This document shows positions 26,455 to 38,935 of a stretch of DNA of 64,000 bases, piece by piece. Source of the DNA: Octopus sinensis (lineage: Eukaryota); assembly GCF_006345805.1 (NCBI RefSeq), contig NC_043003.1, positions 112,592,001 through 112,656,000 of the forward strand, written 5' to 3'. Numbering within the stretch: position 1 is the first letter of the stretch; each line of letters begins with the position of its first letter. Under the pieces are notes generated by a model. The model searched no databases. It saw only the letters and a list, made by a program, of their open reading frames with translations, and was not told the DNA's origin. Both the position numbers and the translations under genes were made by a program.

Positions 26455-26492
<38 letters not shown>

Positions 26493-26494
<2 letters not shown>

Positions 26495-27062
26495 CCATCT
26501 GCGAGAAGCTCAGAGTGCAACGCCCTCCTCTAAATTCCTCCAACACACGTTTGTCAAGGGGTTCTGAAGCTAGGCTAGAACGAAACTACTGATTTCTTTT
26601 ATTAGGAATACGAAAATCGATCCATTTTTCTTCTGCAGTTAAAATTCAGCGCCAAAAGCGGGCATCTTGAGGATCTGCCAGCAGTTGTTTGCAAATAGTT
26701 ACGCGTCATTGAACCTGGTCATGGACCAATTCATGGGGAGCTTCTCGACAGCTTTCATTTACAAGGTCGAGCTTATAGAGGTACTGATACATGGTGCTTT
26801 GTAAAGAACCATTTTGGCTACAATGTACGTGTGCTGGTGTTTGAGTGTTGTTCAACTACTTCAAACATAGCATCATCTTCCACGACAGAAGGCCTCCCTA
26901 ACCTTGGTTTACCTTCCTTGAAAACATCTGAGCCAGTTTCGGGCACATATTCGTTGACAGTTCCTGGGCCTTCTACATCATTAATGCCACTTCCCTTGTA
27001 CTTGGTTCCTCTTTATCACAGGTAGCATATATTGGCTCCAATTGTAATTTTTTTCACCATTC
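26493..27062 (-). pseudogene. Mariner (Tc1/mariner) transposase N-terminal half, pseudogenised
   Basis: Minus translation: INDVEGPGTVNE, PRLGRPSVVEDDAMFEVVEQHSNTSTRTL, CREAPHELVHDQVQ*RVTICKQLLADPQDARFWR*ILTAEEKWI (mariner WVPHEL and TGDEKW motifs), VCWRN..HSELL. Truncated at a (TA)n array. Confidence 0.9.
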
Positions 27063-27497
27063 ATTGGCAAAGCTGTAAAATAAACTATAAAAATGTATGT
27101 CTATATGTTATATATGAAACTAAAGAATAAACAATCCAACAGCCATTGGGCAAGTTGTGCCAACTTAATGATATAACATAGAGATGCCAGTAGCCAAAAT
27201 CCAAAAACATTTTGAACACATGTTGCTTGCATGTATGCATTATGTATGTATGTATGTATTACATATCTACTTGTTCATTGGTATATTTGTTTCTATATAA
27301 CTATGCGTATATAAATATTAATATTCACAAACATACATACTTATAAATATATTCATGAACAAGTACACACACACATCAAGTTACAAGCATATATGAATGC
27401 GTGCATGTACATACGTACCAAAATATACATTCCTTCACCCTCGCACATGAATATTTTAATATGTGTGTATATGTGTGTGCACACGTTTATGCTTGTG

Positions 27498-27528
<31 letters not shown>

Positions 27529-27625
27529 ATGTGTGTGCATGTTTATGCCTGTGTGTTTATGCATATTGTATTTCTACATGTGCATATCTATGTATGTTTA
27601 TATATACTTACATACATGCATACAT

Positions 27626-27725
27626 NNNNNNNNNNNNNNNNNNNNNNNNNNNNNNNNNNNNNNNNNNNNNNNNNNNNNNNNNNNNNNNNNNNNNNNNNNN
27701 NNNNNNNNNNNNNNNNNNNNNNNNN
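27626..27725. other. Assembly gap (100 N)
   Basis: Exactly 100 Ns, typical of a scaffolding placeholder. Confidence 0.98.
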
Positions 27726-27854
27726 ATACACATCAACACCGATCGTCAAGTGCTGTTGGCGTGGGGTGGGGGTTGAGAAACGCATCACAAGGACACACAT
27801 ACATATATATATATCTATATATTTATCACCTCTATTGCCACGCCTATACATATA

Positions 27855-28078
27855 CTCTTTACTCTTTACTCTTTTACTTGTTTCAGTCATTTGACTGCGG
27901 CCATGCTAGAGCACCGCCTTTAATCGAGCAACTCGACCCCGGGACTTATTCTTTTGTAAGCCCAGTACTTATTCTATCGGTCTCTTTTGACGAACCGCTA
28001 AGTGACGGGGACATAAACACACCAGCATCGGTTGTCAAGCAATGCTAGGGGGACAAACACAGACACACAAACACAACA

Positions 28079-28118
<40 letters not shown>

Positions 28119-28307
28119 TATATATATATATATATATACAATATAGGATGGGCTTCTTCAGTTTCCGTCTACCAGATCCACTTACAAGGCTTTGGTCAGC
28201 CTGAGGCTATAGTAGAAGACACTTGCCCAAGGTGCCACGCATTGGGACTGAACCCGGAACCATGTGGTTGGTTAGCAAGCTACTTACCACACAGCCACTC
28301 CTGCGCC
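27855..28307 (-). mobile_element. Full-length SINE family A (OR-type)
   Basis: Reverse complement of the 24336 copy, ending acagccactcctgcgcc. Confidence 0.93.
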
Positions 28308-28614
28308 TATATATACATATATATATAATTATTCGAAGTGTGCAGTAATATATACCCATTGCGGCCAATCTTATCAATCGCTTTTGCACTAGGTGTTCAA
28401 TGGAGGGTTAGATGACTGTCCAATAGTGTAACCTTGCGCTCTTCAGAGATGACGGTTATGGAATGAAATGTGGAGTCTGCTCTCTGTTGTTGCTGGTGCA
28501 AAGACACATCCTGTTTGTGGTTGCTGTAAAAAAGATGATGAAACGAACTGAGCAAGTGTTAAGTTAAGAGTCCTATTATTGTAACAGCAATAGGAGCAAA
28601 TGGACGACCAAACG

Positions 28615-28811
28615 TGCGAAAGTAAGTGGGAGCAACTGAAGGCCCGTTCAAAACCCACTATAACAACAACAGGTCCTCCTTCAATGTACCGGTAAGACGT
28701 GACGAAACAACCCTGGCCAAGCGCGTATGGTCGTTGAAAGAAAGTGTCACCGAGTACAGCATAATAGGAGTATTTCTTCAAGTAAAAATGACACAGTTTG
28801 TTATTCTATGA
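28615..28811 (+). mobile_element. Penelope-like GIY-YIG endonuclease remnant
   Basis: VGATEGPFKTHYNNNRSSF..RDETTLAKRVWSLKE..YSI matches the PLE pattern YIG.T...FK.RY..H..SF...T.LS..VW.LK. Confidence 0.75.
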
Positions 28812-29468
28812 GACTAGATAGAATTCGTTCATAGTACTCTAAAAGACTAAAAGAAATTAGTAATCTTCGAAGTTTTCAATTATCATTCGAACTTGTACAA
28901 ACCTTAGCTAACTTTGTTTTAATCCCAATTTTGCATATTTTTATCTATGAAAACTGTTTGTGAACTTCGATATGCCTGCAGGAAAGAGCGGATTGGTCTC
29001 GAGTAAGTAGTGTTTTGCGCATAATAAGATTAAGGTGGTCATTATATGCTACAGTAATATTAGAGTTTGGAAACATTATTGAATTTGCAGCCAGCGGCCA
29101 GAGGTATGTCTACGTGATAATGTACAAAATACTGCGGTGTGCGTTGGTGGGTCTGTAGACATACACACACGCATACACACACACATACATGAAACAAACA
29201 CACAAGCACACACAAAACACATACGCCATACATGTATCTATGTATTATATATGTTTATCCACGTGTATATAACAAATATAAATACATATATATATGTGTG
29301 TGTGCATGTGTGTATAGACATTTATATATTTATATATGTGTGCGTATGTATAAATAAAAGTCTACTTACAAATGCATTTTTATATGAAATATGCATAAAG
29401 GTGCAGCCATATAGTATGTATCTAGGTATGTATGCCTGTGCATATGTATATAGATATATATACATATA

Positions 29469-29507
<39 letters not shown>

Positions 29508-29509
<2 letters not shown>

Positions 29510-30663
29510 GAGAGGAACCCCCAACTCAGTTCCTGTTGCCAAAGGCATACAAAAACTGAAACAGCGAATTAGGAACAAGGAATTACTATATCTCCCTACG
29601 GACAGGTCTGGCAGACTGTTAATAGACAGCCTACAGATCTATGCCCAGATCATACAACAACACATCAGTAGCTTGAGAGATGTTGCAGCACAGGAACATG
29701 AAAGAGAAGGAAAACTCTTCAATGCCCACATGGGAATGTGGTGCAACTTATTCCAGCCCAAGAAACGGACTGCACACAATTTTCAAGCTTTCAACGAAGA
29801 TGTCCCCACGCTATACAGGTTACGTAAAGACCATAAACCCTATGTAAACCCCGTTATGGGGCTCCCAACCCAACTAGTTTGCGGAGCGAATATTTCCAGC
29901 AATTATAGACTATCCTACTTCCTCTCACAGGTATTACGACCATTCATTGAAATGTCCCCAGATGTCTGTGTGAACAAGGAGGATCTCCATGTAGAAATAG
30001 TTGTATCAACCACTTCAACGACCTCACAGGTTCTGTAGTGGGTAGTATGGCTGTAATTTTACTCTAACCTATTTCTTTACTACCCACAATGGGCTAAACA
30101 CAGAGGAGACAAACAAGGACAGACAAACGGATTAAGTCGATTATATCGACCCCAGTGCGTAACTGGTACTAAATTTATCGACCCCGAAAAGATGAAAGGC
30201 AAAGTCGACCTCGGCGGAATTTGAACTCAGAACGTAACGGCAAACAAAATACGACTACGCATTTCTCCCGGCGTGCTAACGTTTCTGCCAGCTCACCACC
30301 TTAATTTTACTCTAATGTTATTCTAACCATCTATAGACATATTTTGCTGAGGAGAAATCTTTTGATGCTATCTGTGAGAGTGAAGTGACGTTCTCTGACG
30401 TCAACACGAGGGAACTGGGCTGCCTCCTCAGACTATGCTATGACAGTAACTATCAAGACAACCATGACCTCAGTAGATTCTGCCACACCAGGTCACAGTC
30501 AGGAAGACCACCTACCATCACATCAGCAGTGATGAAAAGCACCGCAAAGCGCTGGAGTGGCTGTACCATACCCACCCAAGACCCTGAGAAAAACAATCAG
30601 GTGAAAGGAATGATTGCACAGGCAAAAGGGGCTACCATAAGATCCACCTTGGAAAACCCATTT
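29508..30663 (+). mobile_element. Penelope-like reverse transcriptase pseudogene interrupted by a SINE
   Basis: PTDRSGRLLID (DKG-like), PTLYRLRKDHK, LVCGANISSNYRLSYFLSQVLRPF, VVGSMAV (motif A with D>A), then after the SINE ESEVTFSDVNTRELG..GRPPTIT..KRW..MIAQA..TLENPF. Both ends terminate in microsatellites. Confidence 0.75.
30068..30301 (-). mobile_element. Full-length SINE family B (OK-type) with a 14-bp TSD
   Basis: TSD taattttactctaa at 30054-30067 and 30302-30315; gaatttgaactcagaac is the reverse complement of a B-box-like motif. Confidence 0.95.
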
Positions 30664-30815
30664 GTACGTGTGTGTGTGTGTGTGTGTATGGTCACGTGTT
30701 TCAGTCTTCCTTTGCAAATGAAGACTGAAACACGTGACCATACACACACACGCACACACCAAGAAACAACACGAACACACAAACATGAATATGCAGAATA
30801 CATACATACAAACGT

Positions 30816-30901
<86 letters not shown>

Positions 30902-31110
30902 TATATATATATTATATATGCATACGCACACACACATGCATGCATACATATTCACATACATACACATGTGTCTGTGCGCACACACTGACCCGTGCATACA
31001 AACAAACAAACAAACAAAAGGAACACAGCTCGGATAATGTACAACGTCAACGACTATTTAAGAAGTTGCAAGACGTAACGAAAATTTAAGAAAAAAATAA
31101 ATAATTAAAC

Positions 31111-31758
31111 GAGTGGAAACTGTACCGGCAAGTGTGTTAAATACTAAGGCACAAAAAGAGAATGACTCTCGTTAGACACAGCAAAACATGATTCAATACA
31201 TGAACTCACATAAAGAATCTTACAAACCAAATTCAAAGAAAATGTGTGTGTGTTTGTGTGTGTCTGTGTGTGTCTGTGTGTGTGTACGTACATATATACA
31301 CACATCTAAATAACAATATTTATATATTACTGCACTCAAGCCTTACCTTAGCTAATTGATGAAGCAAAGTAAAGCACTAAAAAATCCTATATACTTTCTC
31401 TTTTACTTTCTCTTTCTCTCTTACTTCCTTCTCTTTCCCTTTCTCTCTCGGTCTCTCGCTGTTTCTTTCTCTCTCTCTCTCTCTCCCTCTCTTTCTCTCA
31501 CACACACATGCACACATCCATACACACATATTTGTCCATATATATGCACCTGGTAGTAACTGTTTCATGTGTCTATGTATATTTATTTGTTTGTTTGTAT
31601 CTATGTGTATATAAGAGTGAACATATCAAAGAGTAAATGAGTGGAAACTGCACCAGTGAGTGTGTAAATATTAAGATACTAAAGAGAATGACTCTCCCCA
31701 GACACAACAAAATATGCTTCAACACACGAACTCAAAAAATGAATCTTGCAAACCAAAT
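31111..31758. repeat. Two diverged ~120-bp direct repeats (31111-31232, 31639-31758)
   Basis: gagtggaaactg..aagagaatgactctc..agacac..gaatctt.caaaccaaat occurs twice, each followed by a microsatellite. Confidence 0.8.
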
Positions 31759-31769
31759 ACGAAAACGAA

Positions 31770-31845
<76 letters not shown>

Positions 31846-31901
31846 GCCGCCATCTCTTCAGTTATCCAGCCATCGGAAAAAATATTTTCTCCCATGGCCG
31901 G

Positions 31902-31965
31902 AATACTGAAGAGATGTCGGCGTGAATTTCCACCCCGACATCCAAAACTCGGAGTTTTATCATGG
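31902..31965 (+). ncRNA. Degenerate hammerhead (GAAA box altered)
   Basis: CTGAAGA (31906-31912), stem II gatgtcggcgtg/caccccgacatc (11/12 bp), c-AAAA instead of c-GAAA, near-palindromic stem III actcggagt, GUU site, imperfect stem I. Confidence 0.55.
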
Positions 31966-32057
31966 CTACCGAATAATTGTCACATATTCCATTACAAATA
32001 AATTTCTCTATTTACATAATATCGTGATCTCTTTCATTATTTTGTTGTCTTACCATT

Positions 32058-32102
<45 letters not shown>

Positions 32103-32129
32103 ATATCTATCTATCTATCTATATATATA

Positions 32130-32171
<42 letters not shown>

Positions 32172-33694
32172 TTGCGCACATCCACACACACTGTCATACA
32201 TGAAACAATCACATTTACCTACCCTGTATATGTATGTTTGCATAGATACACATGTACAATTGTATTCTTCTCTTCCGTATAACGCCTAATTTAAAATAGA
32301 TGTAAGATTGTACACATTTGGGTTTATTCGCGTATTTAAGCCATTTTAAAATAATTGAATAACATAACTAATTTTTCTTTTTAATATGTCGACATTCTGT
32401 TACTTGCTCCGTGTGTCTCTCTATGTTTGTATGTATGAGTATTTACTGTGGGGATTATATGCCTATGTTTGTCCTGAATGAGGAAATAATTACTGTTAAA
32501 TATGATATAATCAAGAATTCTGATAAATGTTTAGATTAAAATGTTTCACTAATAAACAAGATTTGATAAACTAGGGTTGTACTGAATATCAGACGTTTCA
32601 TCTGATTTTGAATTTACAATTAGATGTGTGTATGTGTGTGTGCGTGCGTGCGTGCGCGTGTGTATGTGTGTGTGTATTTAACATTTGTATTTGGCAGTCG
32701 TAAAAAATAATAGGTTGAAAATATTATCCTTGCTACAGCAATATCAGAAATCAGAAAAATACAGGTGGACAACATCGGTAGGAGTCAGTGTAAAGAAGAG
32801 TTGCAAAGGAATTCAGTAAGTTTATTTGCCAGCAAGAATAAAAATTTTAATGGAGTAAAGATTGTTTGCCAACATAACATGTCAGTCATGGTTTAGGACT
32901 AATGTTGCTGTAATTTACCCCCAGGAGACATCGCCTCCAGCTGGATATACGACACGATCTGTACAGTTCTATATTTAAGAGATGGGGAATTATGTACATT
33001 ATTTACATTTGACAGTAAGAACGGTTTATAATGTCTGTTTCACTCAACTCTCAAACCAAACGTTTCTAAAAACTTGTTGGCATTTATCTCGTATCGAAAT
33101 TTTTTGCAACACCATCATCTTAACTCTGAAGGATGTCATTATCACATTGCACAACCCATACACTGGAAGCTTATTCTTTTGGACCCTTGCTGAAAACATA
33201 TTTAGTAACTTTGCAATATCTCCTTTCCTCCATGTTGGTTCTGTAAGAAGCACTCTCGCAGAAAAATCTCCGTTGGATTCCTACTCACTCAACCTTTCAA
33301 ATTGAAGCTAATTTGATCGATAGGCCAGGTTTTAAGTTATTTTTTTGAATCGAATCATTAGCGTTTCACAAATAACAAACTAATTGTATTTCCACTCGGA
33401 TATAAAAGGAATGAATAGCAACTTCTATTGCTATTTCATTTCAATTATAATACAAGGTCTCAATATTGATTGAGAAGATTCAAACAGCGAGGCACCAAAC
33501 TCCATTAGAATTCTGGTAAACAATTTGATGACTTCGTCTTAAGCTTTTGTCCCTCCGAAGTCGATATAATCGAATACTGAAAAGTAATATAATCGAATAT
33601 GAGATTTTTCCTGCAAACATTTTGTGCTTTAAAAAGAATCACTATTGACTCTTAGCTTACATCACTATCGGCACAAGAAACATGAACCGATACC

Positions 33695-33928
33695 TATTTC
33701 TTTACTACCCACAAGGGGCTAAACACATAGAGGACAAACAAGGACAGACAAACGGATTAAGTCGATTATATCGACCCCAGTGCGTAACTGGTACTTAATT
33801 TATCGATCCCGAAAGGCTGAAAGGTAAAGTCGACCTCGGCGGAATTTGAACTCAGAACGTAACGGCAGACGAAATACGGCTACGCATTTCGCCCGGCGTG
33901 CTAATGATTCTGCCAGCTCACCGCCTTA
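33695..33928 (-). mobile_element. Full-length SINE family B (OK-type) with an 18-20-bp TSD
   Basis: aagaaacatgaaccgatacc at 33675-33694 and 33929-33948. Confidence 0.95.
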
Positions 33929-34953
33929 AAGAAACATGAACCGATACCGTGAAATTCATGCTCTTCTCGACATCATTAAGAGCACAAATCTCAGACAGTT
34001 GTATCAAAATTTAAGTAAATATACTGTCTTAATAAATCAGAAACTTACCATATGAACTAAAGGAAAATTATTACATAAGCTCACAAAGACGATTGCGACT
34101 TATTGAAAACTAAGCTAGAAATATTTCAGCCGAATTCAAACATTATAAAAGCATTTACCTAAATAAAGCTTAAAGGAAAAGAAAACTTTGTAACATTTCT
34201 GAAAGTATATAAAACTATTCTGTCTATAAGAATAATGGAAAAAGAACGAAGCCACATTTCTTAATAGTGTGAAGTATTTGTTAATGTTTAATGGAATTTT
34301 ATCACTTTCTAACGACAAATTATATTTTCTTTTCTTAATTTTCCAGCAGATCAGAATATCTTGTGAAATTCTCTTCTATTCACTTAATAGACTACACGGT
34401 TACATTATATCGCGCTATATAATATTTGTAATGATACAACCATAAAGGCGACTAATATTTACCATTAACTAACGGGTAAGAACTTGCAAATAAACGATCT
34501 ATAGTCTATTGAATATCGCTTTGATGTATATATCACGCCTATTGATCTATATTTCAGTGGAGTTATGAAAGGCTAATTAACATTTGCTATTTATGCACAG
34601 TTTAAATTGAAATTTAAACAAATGGCTTCGTAAGCCTTTCAAATAGCGCCATCTATGTTTTCATTTTCTCTTCCTAATAACATTTGTCTCCTAAGAAAAT
34701 ACAAGACTAATCAAAGTATATTTATATTTGTATGTATATATATATATATATATACATACATTTATACATGCATATATATATATGTATATATATGTGCATA
34801 TATGTATATATATATATATATGTGTGTGTGTATATATACATATACTTATATATTTATATATGTATATATGTATATATATATATATATGAATTTTTTGCGT
34901 AATGAGATAAAAGACCAAGGCTGTATAGATATTAGAACATTTATAGATTGGCG

Positions 34954-35005
34954 GTCTTACAGCTGTTTCTAGGATATTAATTAATAATATCCCTTCATCG
35001 GAGAC
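34954..35005 (-). ncRNA. Minimal type I hammerhead ribozyme (U4C variant) in the 3' repeat of the upstream PLE
   Basis: Minus: gtct-CCGATGA-a-gggatatt attaatt aatatcct-a-GAAA-cagctg-TA-agac; palindromic stem III ACAGCUGU; GUA site. Confidence 0.72.
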
Positions 35006-36118
35006 AGCGTGAGAGCAAAATTAAGTCATAGTTAGTTTCGATGTGATACAAAATAGAGAGTTAGGTGGAGGAAAGAAAACAGATGTAAGATATGTATGGC
35101 TATTGAAGTTGTAAATCCGTTTTTTTAAAAGGCAGAATGGTATATATGTAATATTCTAATAACTTATGAGTAAAGTCCAAAAGTCCAACAGAGTTTAAAA
35201 TGGGTCCTTCCGAATATAGAATTTATACACAATGTAAGATTCCCTTATGAGTGAGATCCAGCAGTTTTTCAACTTGGTCATTCCCAGTAGGGAATTTATA
35301 TGCAGTGTTGCAGAGTCAAAGGTTTTTATTTAAAGTGACTTAAAAATAAGGAGCGTATTAGTATTGTCAAATCAAAAACAGGAAGAGAGGAATGAAAAAA
35401 GAGAGAGAAAAAAGAAAGGGAAAAGCAAAAGTGAAAAGAAAGAAAAAATGGGAGAGAAAAAAGTGAGAGAAGAAGGAGAAGAAAGTAAGAAGAAAATTAA
35501 TAAAATAATAACAAAATAATAAAAAATAAAAAACCTGAAAGGGAATAAAGGAAAAAGAAGATAAGAAAAATGAAGATATACAGTCAGTGGTCAGTGGAGA
35601 TAATTTGAAAGTAGGAGTGGGGAGATGAAGGGTGAAAGAGAGAGAAAGGTATTATAGTGTAAGATAGAATGAATGGGGGTAAGAGGTGAAGGAGTGACAA
35701 ATATGAAGTAATAGAGTCTAAGTGTAGGGGCACAGAGAGGGGTTAGTAGTATGAAGAATTAAGGAATTTATATGTTTAGCAGTTCAGTGCCTAGAAATAT
35801 AAGAAAATATATATGTGAAGATGTATATACATGTATATATAATAGACGTGTTACACATACAATCCTTGCTCGCATGCATATGCACTCATGCACACTCACT
35901 TATACGTTCATCTGCATGTATCATCGCCCCTGTATACGCAGGTATGTATACCCTGCATGCATGCGTATATTTACACACCCGCATACACTCGCTCATACAT
36001 ATGCACGTTCACATGGGTGTTTGCACATACATACGAATACAATCAGATGGTTGTACATGTTAGGAACAATATAGGGATTAAGAGCTAGAATGTAGATTTA
36101 TACGGTTATTGGGATTAC

Positions 36119-36604
36119 CTAAGGAGTATTGTGGAAATGTACTGTATGGTGATTCTGGCATTTGGATTTGTGGTAGAATTTAAATGTGTGAAAAAAGCGG
36201 TGGTTGCATGTACTTAGTGCCTCGTTATGTTTATTTAGCAGTGTTGGAAAGTTGTGCTTTAATATGTGGAGGACCTCCTTCAAGCAGAGCTTGCAGGTTG
36301 AGCGTTGACCTCGGCAGGGAAGTCCTGACTCCAGTATGGACCACGATAGAGTATAGGGTATATTTGCATTTTTGAGATGATGTATGTGGTTGGCGAGTGT
36401 TGTAGATTTACTATGTTTATCGTATCTAAAAGATTGGAAATGAGTGGCATACCGTTGCTTAAAATTTTTTGTTGATCCTATGTATATGGCTGTAGAGTTG
36501 TGTAATATATTGAGAATCGTGCATTTGTAAATTACATTACATCTTATGCAATGGGTTTGTAACGGACAGGTGGTTCCAGGACGGCAATTACAATTAGGTG
36601 AATT
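36119..36604 (-). pseudogene. GIY-YIG endonuclease domain of a Penelope-like element; 161 stop-free codons, no start codon
   Basis: NSPNCNCRPGTTCPLQTHCIRCNVIYKCTILNILHNSTAIYIGSTKNFKQRYATHFQSFRYDKHSKSTTLANHIHHLKNANIPYTLSWSILESGLPCRGQRSTCKLCLKEVLHILKHNFPTLLNKHNEALSTCNHRFF..NTP*. In-frame TAA upstream (36605-36607), TAG at 36119-36121. Confidence 0.9.
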
Positions 36605-36678
36605 TTAGGGACCGTGTTCGGTAATAGAGGAGGTAGTATCGTCAGAGGAGAGGTTATAGAAGGGGGTGAAAATGTCTA

Positions 36679-36723
<45 letters not shown>

Positions 36724-37811
36724 TTACTAACGTTATCATTACTATTTCTGTCACTACTCCAATTACCGCCACTACTACTGTTATTATTAATTCTGCTATT
36801 TGTAGGGGCGTTAGAGATTGTGGTGGTGTTCCGAACAGTGTCAGTAGAATGGGTTGGGTTGTGCTTATGGTCTAATGTAAGGGTATTTGTCCTGGATCTG
36901 TGTGTGTGTGTTGATTGTTTGTATTACTAGAGTTGTAGTTATGTGAGTTTTGATAGTAAAGAGAGAGCTTTTACTTATTCGAGGCTGCTACAATAGATTC
37001 GAAGTTAGGTGAGTTAGAATAAGATAGTCTCAGGTTGGATCGATTAAAGATAGAATAATATTTATATTGTCGAGGGAAGTTCGAGTCTAGTATTCTAAAG
37101 AAGGATTTAGCTAAGTTCTTAACGTTAAGTGAGAATGGTGGTGTGTACCATAAAATAGAGCGACCGCCGCTTTTTTTAGTGGTCTAGGAATAGACCTATC
37201 TACGTTGTTAGATAAATGAGTGGTATCCATATTTCTGGTTAAGGTATCTATATTTCTGGGTAAGTAGTATCTATATTTCTGGGTATATATTTTTTTTTCG
37301 CAGACACATATAAAAAATTATAAATATTACTCGAATAATATAGAATTATTTTCCAGCTAAATAAAGCACCGTAAAAGTAGAATTCTAGATAGGAAATAGA
37401 GGCACAACAAAGCACCAATCATTGCTGGAAATATCTTCACTTAAGCTTCACTTAATGTATACAGACAAAGGTGTGTGCAGGCGGCAAACATAAAAGATTT
37501 TCGTCTTACCTCTTGGAAGAACGCCGGATAAATGGACAACCTAGAATGAATAACCTAGTACTCGAGTTTCGGACTTTCCAGAATACTTTTGTTATCGTAA
37601 AAGTGCTTAGTCTTCTTCAGCTATGTTCACTGAAGATGACATTTTAAAATATCCGCTACATCAATGCGAGTATATTCGATTGAACGCCTAGCCGTAAACG
37701 CAACCGAGATCAATGAACCTTTTCATAGCGTCGTACGGTTATCGACTGCTATTTCCAGCAAATATTGGTGCCTTGTTGTACTACTATTTTCTGTATACAC
37801 ACACACATACG

Positions 37812-37873
<62 letters not shown>

Positions 37874-37920
37874 ATATATATTATATATATATATATCATA
37901 AATATACACATATATACATA

Positions 37921-38033
<113 letters not shown>

Positions 38034-38404
38034 TAAATATACACATATATACATATGTATGATTCTACATATGCATGTGTGTATACAATAACGTAATAAT
38101 TCATCTTCAGTATGTTCTGACATATTTGAACGTAACTATGCTAATTCGTCATCGGATGGTATATTTCTCTTACATGATGCGTGTTCCTAACGCACGCGAT
38201 TCACTGATGTAAGGAGACTTTGAGACAAAGCATTACTTCGCTCTTATTGAGTTACATCAACCAATGCTATTCCAGGTTCAATGAACTTTAAAAGATTACT
38301 GACTAGAAAGCAACAGACATATTATGTGCAGATGCGTACTAGTGTGTATTAATGTTATTTATGCGCGGCAGTGTGGATGTATTTATGTATACTTATATAT
38401 GTGT

Positions 38405-38935
38405 TGTGGCTGCCCCTAGTTATCGAGTATGGCCATTGCACGAAGCTTAATCAATGTTGTTATCGTGCAATGCCTGTGCAAGAAGATTTTTTTTAAGTGA
38501 GGAGAGGCTGTGAACTGAGTCAATCCCCCTGACTCAGCAACAGCAGCCCTAATCCGGAAAGAAGAACATCATCGGTAACCACTGAGCCGCAGGTTTTATG
38601 TCGGAGTTATCCCAGTTATCTGAGTTACATTCTCCTAGAAGGATGCTAGGAGTCCTTCATTCCCAATGGTTTAACCGCGCGATCATGTATTCAGTCCGAT
38701 TATTTCTATGTCCCCGCGCATGATACAGCCTTAAGACATTTATTGGGTGGCCGTTGACTCTGAAGAGTTCCTCCGCCCTTTGACGGGTTTTGCTTTTCAT
38801 CCCGCAGGGTGTCCAATAAACACCCTCCTCACCAAGTAAGCTTGGTGGGGTTGCCGGTTAAGTCGCCGACGACCCGACCATGCAACAGGTTGTACTGGGT
38901 TACATGTTACCACTAGCACTCGAAAGTAACCTGAC
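38405..38935. repeat. GC-richer multi-hairpin element, probably an interspersed repeat or LINE 5' UTR
   Basis: At least five 7-10-bp stems (see findings); bounded by microsatellite-like sequence. Confidence 0.5.

Larger units (their letters stand above)
34950..37180 (-). mobile_element. 3' part of a Penelope-like retroelement (linker, Cys-rich motif, GIY-YIG endonuclease, pyrimidine-rich 3' region, hammerhead)
   Basis: Linker RSILWYTPPFSLNVKNLAKSFFRILDSNFP..IFNRSNLRLSYSNSPNFESIV (about 37177-36971), endonuclease frame 36604-36119 and hammerhead 34954-35005, all on the minus strand in the expected order. Confidence 0.85.

Noticed and set aside
27500-27850. ORFs spanning the N run
   Set aside because: They cross a 100-N placeholder gap of unknown true size, so adjacency across it is unverified.
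33000-33300. ORFs 32982-33305 (+) and 33044-33253 (-)
   Set aside because: No recognisable motif, short, and no splice context; possibly decayed TE but unsupported.
34644-34655. CTCF-like core TAGATGGCGCTA on the minus strand
   Set aside because: The 5' CCAC/CCAG part is missing, and a single partial match is expected by chance.
37205-37285. Three ~22-bp repeats (tatc.atatttctgg..aag); other short repeat-spacer-like runs
   Set aside because: A simple minisatellite without unique spacers; not CRISPR, and the context is eukaryotic.
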